A stretch of DNA of 64,000 nt from Candidatus Latescibacterota bacterium (GTDB lineage: Bacteria > Latescibacterota > UBA2968 > UBA8231): positions 3,776,001 through 3,840,000 of the forward strand of contig OZ220089.1 of assembly GCA_964291625.2 (NCBI GenBank), given 5' to 3'. Positions 48,260 to 56,886 of the stretch are shown one piece after another. The notes beneath the pieces are model-generated. The model saw only the letters and a list, made by a program, of their open reading frames with translations, was not told the DNA's origin and made no database searches. Each line of letters begins with the position of its first letter. Position 1 is the first letter of the stretch. A program made the translations under genes and the position numbers.

Positions 48260-49207
48260 ATGCTCAAGAACATCATCGTACGGCTCGTGATCTACTACGC
48301 CGCCTGGCTTCTGGCGCTCAGCGGGATCTTTCACCTCTTCCCGGAGATTCTCCACTACGTCGCCCTGGAGCGCGAACGCATCTTCGTCGCCAAGGGCCTG
48401 GTCCCCGGGGCCGACACCGTTCCCTATCCCCTCGGGTACATCCAGAAAGGGGTGGCCCGGCTCGTCGATCCCGCACACACCATTCCGGTCGTGGTCGCCA
48501 TGGTGCTGGCTTTCGCCGTCACCCTCCCCATTTCCTGGGTATACTGCTGGACGAGGCCGCGCAAGAAATACAATCAGGCTTTTGCACAGACCTTGCTCGT
48601 GGTGCCAGTCTCCATTGCCCTCGTTGTTTTTCTCGTCAAGGGCAGTCTGGCCCTCGCCTTCAGCCTGGCCGGCATCGTGGCCGCGGTCCGCTTCCGGACC
48701 TCCCTCGACGAGCCGATAGATGCCGTGTACATGTTCATGGCCATCGGCATTGGGCTGGCCGCCGGCACCCAGCTCACCACGGTCGCTTATCTCGCATCCC
48801 TGACGTTCGTCGCCATATCTCTCGCTTTGTGGAAGATCGACTTCGGAGCGAAGCCGCCTGCTCTGTCCGGATGGAGAATCGTCACCCCCCGGGAGCCGAC
48901 GCAGCCGTCCCGGGCGGAGGTCAGGGAGACCGCCTGGAATTCGCGGATCGAGGTGCATGCTTCCAGGGTCGATGCCGCCAGGAAAGCCGCAACTCCGGCA
49001 TTGAACGCCAGCGCCAGGCACTGGCAGGTCGCGGAGGTTCGGAGAAAGGCCGACGGAAGCGCCCTCATCGCGATCGATGCCAGGCTGAGGAAAGCGGTCA
49101 AGCCCACCTCCCTGGCCAAGGAGATCAAGAAGGCAGGGAAGGACAACATCCACAGCGTCGAGGTCAGGGACAGGTCGCTTCACGGCGAGATCCGCCAGGA
49201 AGGATGA
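48260..49207 (+). CDS. DUF4956 family membrane protein
   Basis: VKGSLALAFSLAGIVAAVRFRT.L.E..D..Y.F.AI.IGLAAG. Confidence 0.85.
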   Translation: MLKNIIVRLVIYYAAWLLALSGIFHLFPEILHYVALERERIFVAKGLVPGADTVPYPLGYIQKGVARLVDPAHTIPVVVAMVLAFAVTLPISWVYCWTRPRKKYNQAFAQTLLVVPVSIALVVFLVKGSLALAFSLAGIVAAVRFRTSLDEPIDAVYMFMAIGIGLAAGTQLTTVAYLASLTFVAISLALWKIDFGAKPPALSGWRIVTPREPTQPSRAEVRETAWNSRIEVHASRVDAARKAATPALNASARHWQVAEVRRKADGSALIAIDARLRKAVKPTSLAKEIKKAGKDNIHSVEVRDRSLHGEIRQEG

Positions 49208-49313
49208 ACCGCCACTGGACGCGTGCTCAGCGCGCGGGGGGTCTCCGCTTCCTGCTACAGATTGCCGACCCCGCCACCAACGCCCAGGCACGAGGTCCAG
49301 GACCGTGCGGCTG

Positions 49314-50744
49314 TCACCAGCGGAATTCTGAAGGGTTGCTTACCAGCTCGGACAGGAACTGCCATGTTTGAGGCGCGAGCAGGTATCCGGAGTTTTTCGC
49401 CTGCCATGCGAGCAGTTCCGAGCTCACACCGAACCGCGAACGGAGTGACCGAGCGGCGTACCCTTCGTTGCCTTCATGTTCCGAGACCACCTGTCCGGCG
49501 ATCTGGCGGGGCAACAGCAACTCGGCAGCGAAGGCGCGAGCCCGCTGCTCGACGTGCCTGGCGGTCCTGCCGCCGAGCACGTCAACGAGCGGCAATGAAC
49601 TCGAGCGATCGACCAGGAGGTGACAGATCTCGTGCGCCAGCGTCGCTCTCCTTCGGGCTGAGCTCGCGTGTCGGGCGTCCGAGTTCAGCAGCACGGCTGG
49701 ACCGTGACTCGGTCCCCAGCATCCGATAGCGTCGATGTCCCCAAGCCCGAGGCCTGCGTCCATGAGCGGCACACTCCACGGCGCAAGGATCTGCTCTGGA
49801 TCGACGCGTCCACCGGGGTGAACGATCTCCGGCTGTCCCCGCAGCCAACCGGCCAGCGTGTATCCCTGCATGAACGGCCGCTCGTCATGCGTGTCAGCAA
49901 GCACCGTCAGCGCGTCTTGGGAGGCTCGGTCCAGCTCTGACTTGTCGGACAACGGTACGCGCCTCAGGGCCTCAAGGATCGGTTTCAGAGTAGTCCGCGG
50001 CTGCGGTCCGACCAGTCGCGCCGCGGCCAGTAGTTCATCGGAGCGGGGAGTGGTCCAGTCACGCTCATCCTCGGAGTAGAAGATCGACTCGACCTCGGCC
50101 ACAAGCTCCGGGGTATACCCGGTGGCAGCCTCGATGACCTTCAGCCGGCTGTGGCTGTCTCGTGCATGCCACGACCGGACCGCCTCGCGCGACCGGGCGT
50201 CGGACACGCCATTCAACCTCGACGCAATGCAGTCCCCTACTTTGCGCAAGACATCGAGTAGCTCGTGGAACGGGGCCTTCGCCGTCGCTGTCGTCGAGGC
50301 CGCCCAACCGGTGTTGCCGTCTCGCACGATCCACAGCGGCGGCATTGCTGCTCCCTGCACGGCTTCTGCCAGATCATGGGTCATGCGGTATGCCTCAAGC
50401 TGCTCACCCTCACGCCCGAGGTCAGACCCCAGAGGTGAACCCGACTCGACTGCCATCTCGGAGGCTGCGACCATCCGCGGGACGGTGTCCAGGGCGACGC
50501 CGAGGGGAGCCCCGTCTTCGATGGCCAGGTACAGCCAGGACTCTGCCAGAAACTCCAGAAGCTCGATCCACGTCCACTCGAAGCCCGAGGCCGCGTCCGG
50601 ACCGTGCCAGATCGCCTTGCCTCGCAGGCTCACCCTGAGGCTTCCTCTGGTCGCGTTGGTCGCTGAAGTCCTCGGGCCTCCGGCCAGCCAGTCCAGCGAG
50701 ATCTCGATGTCGCCATCGGATGACCGTGCTACCAGTTCATCCAT
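49314..50744 (-). CDS. ImmA/IrrE family metallopeptidase with a large uncharacterised N-terminal region
   Basis: RRRATLAHEICHLL, EQRARAFAAELLLP and FGVS. SD GGAGG precedes ATG at 50744. Confidence 0.85.
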   Translation of the reverse strand: MDELVARSSDGDIEISLDWLAGGPRTSATNATRGSLRVSLRGKAIWHGPDAASGFEWTWIELLEFLAESWLYLAIEDGAPLGVALDTVPRMVAASEMAVESGSPLGSDLGREGEQLEAYRMTHDLAEAVQGAAMPPLWIVRDGNTGWAASTTATAKAPFHELLDVLRKVGDCIASRLNGVSDARSREAVRSWHARDSHSRLKVIEAATGYTPELVAEVESIFYSEDERDWTTPRSDELLAAARLVGPQPRTTLKPILEALRRVPLSDKSELDRASQDALTVLADTHDERPFMQGYTLAGWLRGQPEIVHPGGRVDPEQILAPWSVPLMDAGLGLGDIDAIGCWGPSHGPAVLLNSDARHASSARRRATLAHEICHLLVDRSSSLPLVDVLGGRTARHVEQRARAFAAELLLPRQIAGQVVSEHEGNEGYAARSLRSRFGVSSELLAWQAKNSGYLLAPQTWQFLSELVSNPSEFRW

Positions 50745-51118
50745 CGCCGCACCTCCCTCTCGCATCCCTGCTGAATGGCCCGTTGCAGCAGCTCCTGCTT
50801 GATCGCCCTCGCGTTACGAGTGCGCGGGAATCCCGCAGGGTGCTCGGGGAAACCATGGTACGAGGCTCCTGGGTTGGTCGGCGCAGCACGATAGACGACA
50901 CCGTCTCGGACCGCGTACAGCCGCTGAGGGTATGGCCGGCTCCAGCGGGGAGGATAGTAGGGAACCGCATCGTCAAGAAGCGCCTGCGCGTCGGACAGGT
51001 TCAACGTCGCGGGACACTTGCCGACAAGGCTCGGCCCGACTTCGACGAACCCGGCATGGTCCTTGTTCCAGTGGTGCTTGCGCTTGGGTTTCTCATCCGG
51101 TTCGTAGAGCCACGGCAT
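50729..51118 (-). CDS. Small basic hypothetical protein, putative RNase-like toxin
   Basis: 129 aa with KRKHHW, GKCP, RLYAV.DG.VY.A and SYHGFP. SD GGGGAG. Overlaps the ImmA gene by 16 nt. Confidence 0.65.
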   Translation of the reverse strand: MPWLYEPDEKPKRKHHWNKDHAGFVEVGPSLVGKCPATLNLSDAQALLDDAVPYYPPRWSRPYPQRLYAVRDGVVYRAAPTNPGASYHGFPEHPAGFPRTRNARAIKQELLQRAIQQGCEREVRRWMNW

Positions 51119-51647
51119 GTCAGTCTCCCCATCCGCCATCAGGGCCAATGCCGTTCTGCCCCCACGGCACGCAGCCGACCGGCTTGGTGAACAACTATAC
51201 GATCTGCCGAGGAATGGTGCGTCGGCTCGCACCGGGTGGACTGGACGGCCGGGCTCGGCTGGGTGAGTACAACCTCGCCGGCCGCGGGCTCGCCGCGCTC
51301 GAGGAAGGGGTCCTCCACCGCCAGGTCGAGGCCGGCCCGGAGCCCTGGTCCTGCCTTCGGAGTTCTCGAGCCGAAGGTCGACCAGGTGCTGTCCGGACGG
51401 CAGGGGCGGCTCGGCTGCCTCCGCGCCGACCGTCGCCTCACCCCGGGCCGCTGGTCCGGCATGGACGCGAAGCAGGTTTGGTGGGTGGCGCCCACGACGA
51501 AAGGGCTTCTCAGTGTGGAAAGAGCATGCGGCTCCCGCCGCCGAGCACGGCCGTTCCCCGGGAACTCCGCTTTCATCGGTGCCATGGGGGGTATACCTTC
51601 GACGCCGGTTCGCCGCAGCGCCCCATCTTCTCGGGAAAGGGAAGCAA

Positions 51648-52817
51648 ATGACCGCCGACTCGCCATCCACCTACCGCGCCCCCGCCTTCGCCGACTCCCT
51701 GCCCGAGCTCGCCGGTCCCGGCGCCACGCCGGAGAGGCTGGCCCACCTGCGGGAGCACGGCTTCGTCATCATCACCGACTTCGTCGACAACCCGTGGATC
51801 CCCGTCCTCCGCGAGGCCGGCCGCCGGATCACCGAGGCGTGCGCTCCGGAGAACGGGTACGACCGCATCGACTGCTCCCGGGGCTACGTCCACCGCGCCG
51901 CCGAGGACGAGCCGTGGGCGATCCGCGGCCTCGTCCACCCCGCCTTCGGGGAGCCGGACTTCGCCGCCTTCCACGGCTCCGACGACTTCCTGGGCTTCAT
52001 CGAGTCCTGGTGCGGCGGGCTGCAGCGGGAGGACCTGGCGTTCTCGGGTCTGCTGCTGTGGTGCAACCCCCGCAAGCGCGAGAACAAGCTCGGCTGGCAC
52101 CGGGACACGACCTGGTGGGGCACCGGCCGGCCCTACCGGGCCCAGGGCGGCGAGGAGCCCGAGGGCCCCGAAGCGTACTCCGAGGAGGTGGAGCGCAAGC
52201 GCTGGAAGGAGATCCAGGAGAGCAACGCCAAGTCGATCACCGAGCGCAACGGCGTGAGCATGTTCCTGGCCCTGACCGACGACGAGTGCCACGAGCTGAT
52301 CCCGGGATCCCACGACCGCTGGCGCACCCCCCTGGAGCACGACGTGCTGCTGCCCAAGGCGATGAAGGAGAAGGGGGTCCCCCACACCCCGAGCTGGAAC
52401 GGCGAGGACCCCCTGCCCGGCCAGACCGCCATCCGCCTCAAGGCCGGGGAGGCCCTCATCCGCAACGGCGCCACGATCCACACCGGCCACTGCGTCCCCG
52501 ACCGCGAGCGCAACACCCTCTCCATCGGCTGGTCGAAGTGGGGCGGCCCCCCCACCGGCGAGCCGACCGTGGCCGACGCCCGCAGTGCCTGGCAGCTCGA
52601 CCCGGCGGTGCGCGAGGCCCTGCCCCACGACTGGATGAAGACCGCCTGGGACCGCTGGGCCGAGACCCAGAAGCTCGGCGACACCCTCGAGGACCGCTAT
52701 GCCGGCTACGACATCAAGCGCATCAAGTCCGGCGAGGTCGTCGGCTGGCGCAGCGAGCTGGAGCGCCAGGCCGCGGCGGCGGGGGAGGACTGGAAGCCGT
52801 TCCAGACGGCGGCGTGA
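51648..52817 (+). CDS. Phytanoyl-CoA dioxygenase (PhyH) family Fe/2OG enzyme
   Basis: L.EHGFVII, GWHRD, LIPGSH and LKAGEAL......IHTG. Confidence 0.85.
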   Translation: MTADSPSTYRAPAFADSLPELAGPGATPERLAHLREHGFVIITDFVDNPWIPVLREAGRRITEACAPENGYDRIDCSRGYVHRAAEDEPWAIRGLVHPAFGEPDFAAFHGSDDFLGFIESWCGGLQREDLAFSGLLLWCNPRKRENKLGWHRDTTWWGTGRPYRAQGGEEPEGPEAYSEEVERKRWKEIQESNAKSITERNGVSMFLALTDDECHELIPGSHDRWRTPLEHDVLLPKAMKEKGVPHTPSWNGEDPLPGQTAIRLKAGEALIRNGATIHTGHCVPDRERNTLSIGWSKWGGPPTGEPTVADARSAWQLDPAVREALPHDWMKTAWDRWAETQKLGDTLEDRYAGYDIKRIKSGEVVGWRSELERQAAAAGEDWKPFQTAA

Positions 52818-53815
52818 GGGTCCCGCGGGCAGAGGTGAACGGCCCCGGGGCAAGCCGCGCCATCGTCGGGGTGGAGCCCTTCGACACCGGTTTCGGCGGC
52901 GGCTTCCAGGCCCGCGTCGACGCCCCCGAGGCGCTGGCCTGCGAGCTGGTCGAGGATGACGGGGCCTTCCGCGTCCATTCGCCTGCGGCGGCGCAGCGCC
53001 CCCGGCGCCTGGCCTTCGTCGACGGGACGATGCGCGTCGAGGCGGGACTCACCCTCACCGGCGAGCAGGGGACGGTGGCCGGCCTCGCGGGGAGCTGGGG
53101 AGCGGGCGCGGTGGTGGTCGATGGCCGGCAGCCGCTGAGCTTCGACCGGGTCGCGGTGGGGCGGTCGGCGATCTTCACCGCGGGGCAGCGCGTCGAGCTT
53201 CCTCCGCAGCCCGGCGGATGGTCCTGGGAGGCGGACTCCATCACCGGCACCGAGCTGGAGGCCGCCCGCGACCGCCTGCGCCGGCGGATGCGGGACACGG
53301 AGGCCGATATCGCCGAGGGGCTTTCCGAGAAGGGGTGGCTGACGGTGATCGACGGGCCCCTGCACAACATCCGCCGCACCCGCACCCTGCCGATCATCGG
53401 CTACGTCAAGACCCATCACCGGCCGATGCTGGCGCCCGAGGCCTGGAACCAGGTGCCGCAACTGCCGTCCGGGGAGCGCTCCGGACTGTTCGCCATGGGC
53501 GACGATCTCTACGGCTGTTACCTGCGCGTCGGGCAGCCGGGGCCCTGGGCCGGGCCGTGGGCCGGCATCGTGCGGCTCGAGGTGCCGGCCGGCGTCGGCC
53601 TCGGGCTGGCCGTGGAGACCGCGGAGGCCGCGGCGAGCTGGCTGCCGGACTTCGCCTCCGCCCCCCACCGGGACGTGCGCGCCCCGGTGAACATGGCGCC
53701 CGTGGCCGGACTGGAGCGCCATCTGCACCACCTCCAGGGAGACCCGCGCCTGGCGCTGCGCGCCGTGAGGGCCGCGGTCCTGCAACTCAACCGCGGGGCC
53801 GGGGAAGAGGCATGA
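52814..53815 (+). CDS. nurA: NurA-like nuclease
   Basis: AFVDG..R, VIDGPL, GYVKTH, GIVRLEV and RAPVN..P...LER. Coupled to herA. Start is 52814 or 52835. Confidence 0.75.
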   Translation: MRVPRAEVNGPGASRAIVGVEPFDTGFGGGFQARVDAPEALACELVEDDGAFRVHSPAAAQRPRRLAFVDGTMRVEAGLTLTGEQGTVAGLAGSWGAGAVVVDGRQPLSFDRVAVGRSAIFTAGQRVELPPQPGGWSWEADSITGTELEAARDRLRRRMRDTEADIAEGLSEKGWLTVIDGPLHNIRRTRTLPIIGYVKTHHRPMLAPEAWNQVPQLPSGERSGLFAMGDDLYGCYLRVGQPGPWAGPWAGIVRLEVPAGVGLGLAVETAEAAASWLPDFASAPHRDVRAPVNMAPVAGLERHLHHLQGDPRLALRAVRAAVLQLNRGAGEEA

Positions 53816-55632
53816 GCGACCCGACGCGCATCGGCCTGGTGGACGGCTCGGTGGACAGCGACTCCCGGACCTTCCACGTGGTGCTCGACCCCGAGACGGT
53901 GATCCAGCTCGATGAGCTGGTGACGGTGACCACCGACCTGCCCGACGGCCGCGAGGTCATCCACTACGGGATCGTCACCGAGCTGCTCTCCCGCTTCGAG
54001 GGGGCGGATCTGCCCTCCGACACGGGCCGCGTCATCGACCGGACCCTGCCGGCCGAGCTGGTCCGCCGCGCCCAGGTGCGGGTGCTGCGGGTGCGGCCGG
54101 AGCTGTTCCTCGCGCCCCACGCCGGGGCGGCGGCCACCCGCGCCGAGGGCGACCACCGGAGCTTCGCCCTCTTCGAGGACGAGATGACCCGCGGCAAGCT
54201 GCCCCTGGGGCTGGACATGGGCGGCTCCCCGGTCTACGCCGACATGCGCTTCGTCGACGGCCGCTCGGGCGGCCACGTGTCGATCTCGGGGATCTCGGGC
54301 GTGGCCACCAAGACCTCCTATGCGCTCTTCCTGCTCTACCAGATGCTGGAGACGGAACCGGGCATGGAGCTGCTCGGCGGGCGCGCCCAGCGGGACGGGG
54401 TGCGGGCCCTGGTCTTCAACACCAAGGGCGAGGACCTGCTGCACCTGGACCGCGCCAACAGCGAGTTCGCCGGCAAGCCGGACCAGCACCAGCTGTGGCA
54501 GGCGCTGGGGGTGGACGACCCCGGCCCCTTCCGCTCGGTGCGGCTCTATGCCCCGCGCGGCTCCGCCAGAGGGGACCATCTCACGCCGGAGGTCCACTCC
54601 CGCGCCACGGGCGACGTGGAGGCCTACGGCTGGACGCCGGAGCGGTTCATCCGCGATCAGCTGTTGCAGTTCTGCTTCACCTCCGAGGACGAGCGGGCGA
54701 CGCAGGTCGGCTTCGTGGAGCAGCAGGTGCGGATCCAGCTCCTGCGCCGGCTGCGCCGGCTGGCGGGCGATTCCACGGGCGCCGTGGTGATCGCCCAGCG
54801 GATCCCCGCCGACACCGGCTACAACCCCGACCGCCTGGCCGAGCGCGAGCCGGAGGAGGTCCCCGCCGGGGACGGACACGTGATCCGCCAGTTCGGGGAC
54901 CTGATCGACCTGCTGGACCAGGCCGCCGCCGAGGAGGACGAGGCCTCGGTGGACACCTGGTTCGGCCGCACCCAGAGCGGCACCCGGCAGGCCTTCCTGC
55001 GGCGGCTGCTGCGCCTGCGCCGCCACCTCGGGCCCCTCGTCGGCTGCGGCCTGGAGCCCCTGTCGCTGGAGAACGCCCGTCTCCACGTGGTCGACATCTC
55101 CCGCCTCCACGACGACGCCCAGCGCTTCGTCGTGGGAGCCCTGCTCGACGGCATCTGGCGCGCCAAGCAGGGGACCGGCCGCCTGCCCCTGCGCTTCGTC
55201 GTCCTCGACGAGCTGAACAAGTACGCCCCGGCCCAGGGGTTCTCGCCGCTGAGGGACCTGCTGGTCGATATCGCCGAACGGGGCCGCTCCCTCGGGGTGC
55301 TGCTCATCGGCGCCCAGCAGGCGGCCTCCGCCGTAGCCCAGCCGCTGCCGCGCAACGCCTCGTTGAAGGTGGCCGGCCGCCTCGACGCCAGCGAGTCGGA
55401 GACCTACCGCTTCCTCACCCCGGCCCTGCGCGAGCGCGCCACCCGCTTCATGCCGGGGACCATGGTGGCCTCCCAGCCGATCGTGCCCGAGCCGATTCCC
55501 ATCCGCTTCCCCTTCCCGCCCTTCGCCACCAATCCCGACGAGGCGGCCGCGGACGAGGCCGCGGACCGGCAGCGGACCGACGCGATCCGGAGCAACCTGA
55601 ACGCCATGGCAGGCCCGGACCCGGACCTGTGA
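53812..55632 (+). CDS. herA: HerA-like ATPase / DNA translocase
   Basis: N-terminal HAS-barrel-like region, variant Walker A SGISGVATKTSY, FNTKGEDL, Walker B VVLDELNKYAP and ERGRSLGV.LIGAQQ. Confidence 0.88.
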   Translation: MSDPTRIGLVDGSVDSDSRTFHVVLDPETVIQLDELVTVTTDLPDGREVIHYGIVTELLSRFEGADLPSDTGRVIDRTLPAELVRRAQVRVLRVRPELFLAPHAGAAATRAEGDHRSFALFEDEMTRGKLPLGLDMGGSPVYADMRFVDGRSGGHVSISGISGVATKTSYALFLLYQMLETEPGMELLGGRAQRDGVRALVFNTKGEDLLHLDRANSEFAGKPDQHQLWQALGVDDPGPFRSVRLYAPRGSARGDHLTPEVHSRATGDVEAYGWTPERFIRDQLLQFCFTSEDERATQVGFVEQQVRIQLLRRLRRLAGDSTGAVVIAQRIPADTGYNPDRLAEREPEEVPAGDGHVIRQFGDLIDLLDQAAAEEDEASVDTWFGRTQSGTRQAFLRRLLRLRRHLGPLVGCGLEPLSLENARLHVVDISRLHDDAQRFVVGALLDGIWRAKQGTGRLPLRFVVLDELNKYAPAQGFSPLRDLLVDIAERGRSLGVLLIGAQQAASAVAQPLPRNASLKVAGRLDASESETYRFLTPALRERATRFMPGTMVASQPIVPEPIPIRFPFPPFATNPDEAAADEAADRQRTDAIRSNLNAMAGPDPDL

Positions 55633-56885
55633 AGCTGCTCCACACCTCCGACTGGCACCTGGGGGCGAAGCTCGGCCGGCACGACCGCACGCCGGATCAC
55701 CTGGCGGCGCTCCGGGGGTTGCTGGAGGTGGCCGAGTCCGCGGCGCCCGACCTCATCCTGCACACGGGCGACCTCTTCGACTCCTCCCGGCCGCCCCACG
55801 AGTCACTGAGGCTCGGCGTCACCGCCTTGGGGCGTCTGGCCAAGGTGGCGCCCACCGTGGTGATCGCCGGCAACCACGACTCGCCCATGCTCCTGCACGT
55901 CATCGACGATCTGGCCGCCGCCGCGGACCCCCGCCGGCTGTGGCTGGTGACGAGCCCGGAGGTCCTCTCCTTCCCCGGCCTGGCGGAGCTTCCGGTCAGC
56001 GTGGCCTGCGTGCCCTTCATCCCGCCCGGCGCCATCGCCGACTTCGCGTCGGGCGATCCAGCCCGGTTCGAGGGCGACTACGCCGACGGCATCCAGGCCC
56101 TCAACCGGGGCCTTCTCGACGAGGCGCACCAGGAGGCCGGCTCCGGGGGCATCGTCCTCTACGCCGCGCACCTGCACCTGCAGGGCGCCCGGCCGGGGAA
56201 GTCGGAACGGCGGATCACCGTGGGAGAGGACTACGCCGCTCACGTGGAGGGCTTGCACCGGGCCTCGTACTGCGCCTTCGGCCATATCCACGACCCCCAG
56301 CTGCTGCCGGGCGGGACCGCCCAGGGACGGTACGCCGGCTCCCTGATCCCTCTCGACTTCGGCGAGCGCGAGCGCACCAGGCAGGCGGTGCTGGTGACCG
56401 TGGAGGAGGATGTCCGGGTCGAGACCCGCGACCTGCCGGCCGGCCGGCCCCTCACCGAGTTCGCCGGTACGCTGGCCGACCTGCAGGCCCGCGCCGAGGG
56501 TGGGGGGCTCGACGGCTGCCTCCTGAAAGGGCGGGTCATCTCCGACGATCCGATCCTGGATCTGGCCGACCGGCTGGCCGAGTGGTCGCCCGACTGCGCC
56601 GTCTTCGAGCTGATCAACACCATCACGAGGCAGCCGGTGAAGCCGATCGACCCGGACCGCGAGGGGGATGAGGAGCCGCAGCTCGACGAGCTGTTTCTCG
56701 AGTGGCGGGGGACCGCGGCCCGGGGCATCAAGGCGGCCGACGACGATGTCTGCACCCTGTTCGCACAGGCCCTGGGCGGCGTGGGCCAGGAAGCGAGCCC
56801 CGACTTCGGGCTGACGCCGCTGCTCTCGGATGCGCAGGACGTCCTGGGCCGACTCGCCGCGAGCCGGGACCCCGACGGGGGCTGA
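55629..56885 (+). CDS. sbcD: SbcD/Mre11 nuclease
   Basis: LLHTSDWHLG, HTGDLFD, IAGNHD, FGHIH and YAGSL...DFGE. Confidence 0.93.
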   Translation: MKLLHTSDWHLGAKLGRHDRTPDHLAALRGLLEVAESAAPDLILHTGDLFDSSRPPHESLRLGVTALGRLAKVAPTVVIAGNHDSPMLLHVIDDLAAAADPRRLWLVTSPEVLSFPGLAELPVSVACVPFIPPGAIADFASGDPARFEGDYADGIQALNRGLLDEAHQEAGSGGIVLYAAHLHLQGARPGKSERRITVGEDYAAHVEGLHRASYCAFGHIHDPQLLPGGTAQGRYAGSLIPLDFGERERTRQAVLVTVEEDVRVETRDLPAGRPLTEFAGTLADLQARAEGGGLDGCLLKGRVISDDPILDLADRLAEWSPDCAVFELINTITRQPVKPIDPDREGDEEPQLDELFLEWRGTAARGIKAADDDVCTLFAQALGGVGQEASPDFGLTPLLSDAQDVLGRLAASRDPDGG

Positions 56886-56886
56886 C

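Noticed and set aside
51140-51640. Possible gene or ncRNA in the 500-nt divergent gap
   Set aside because: Only scrambled coding-like fragments; no convincing ORF or stable structure could be supported by eye.
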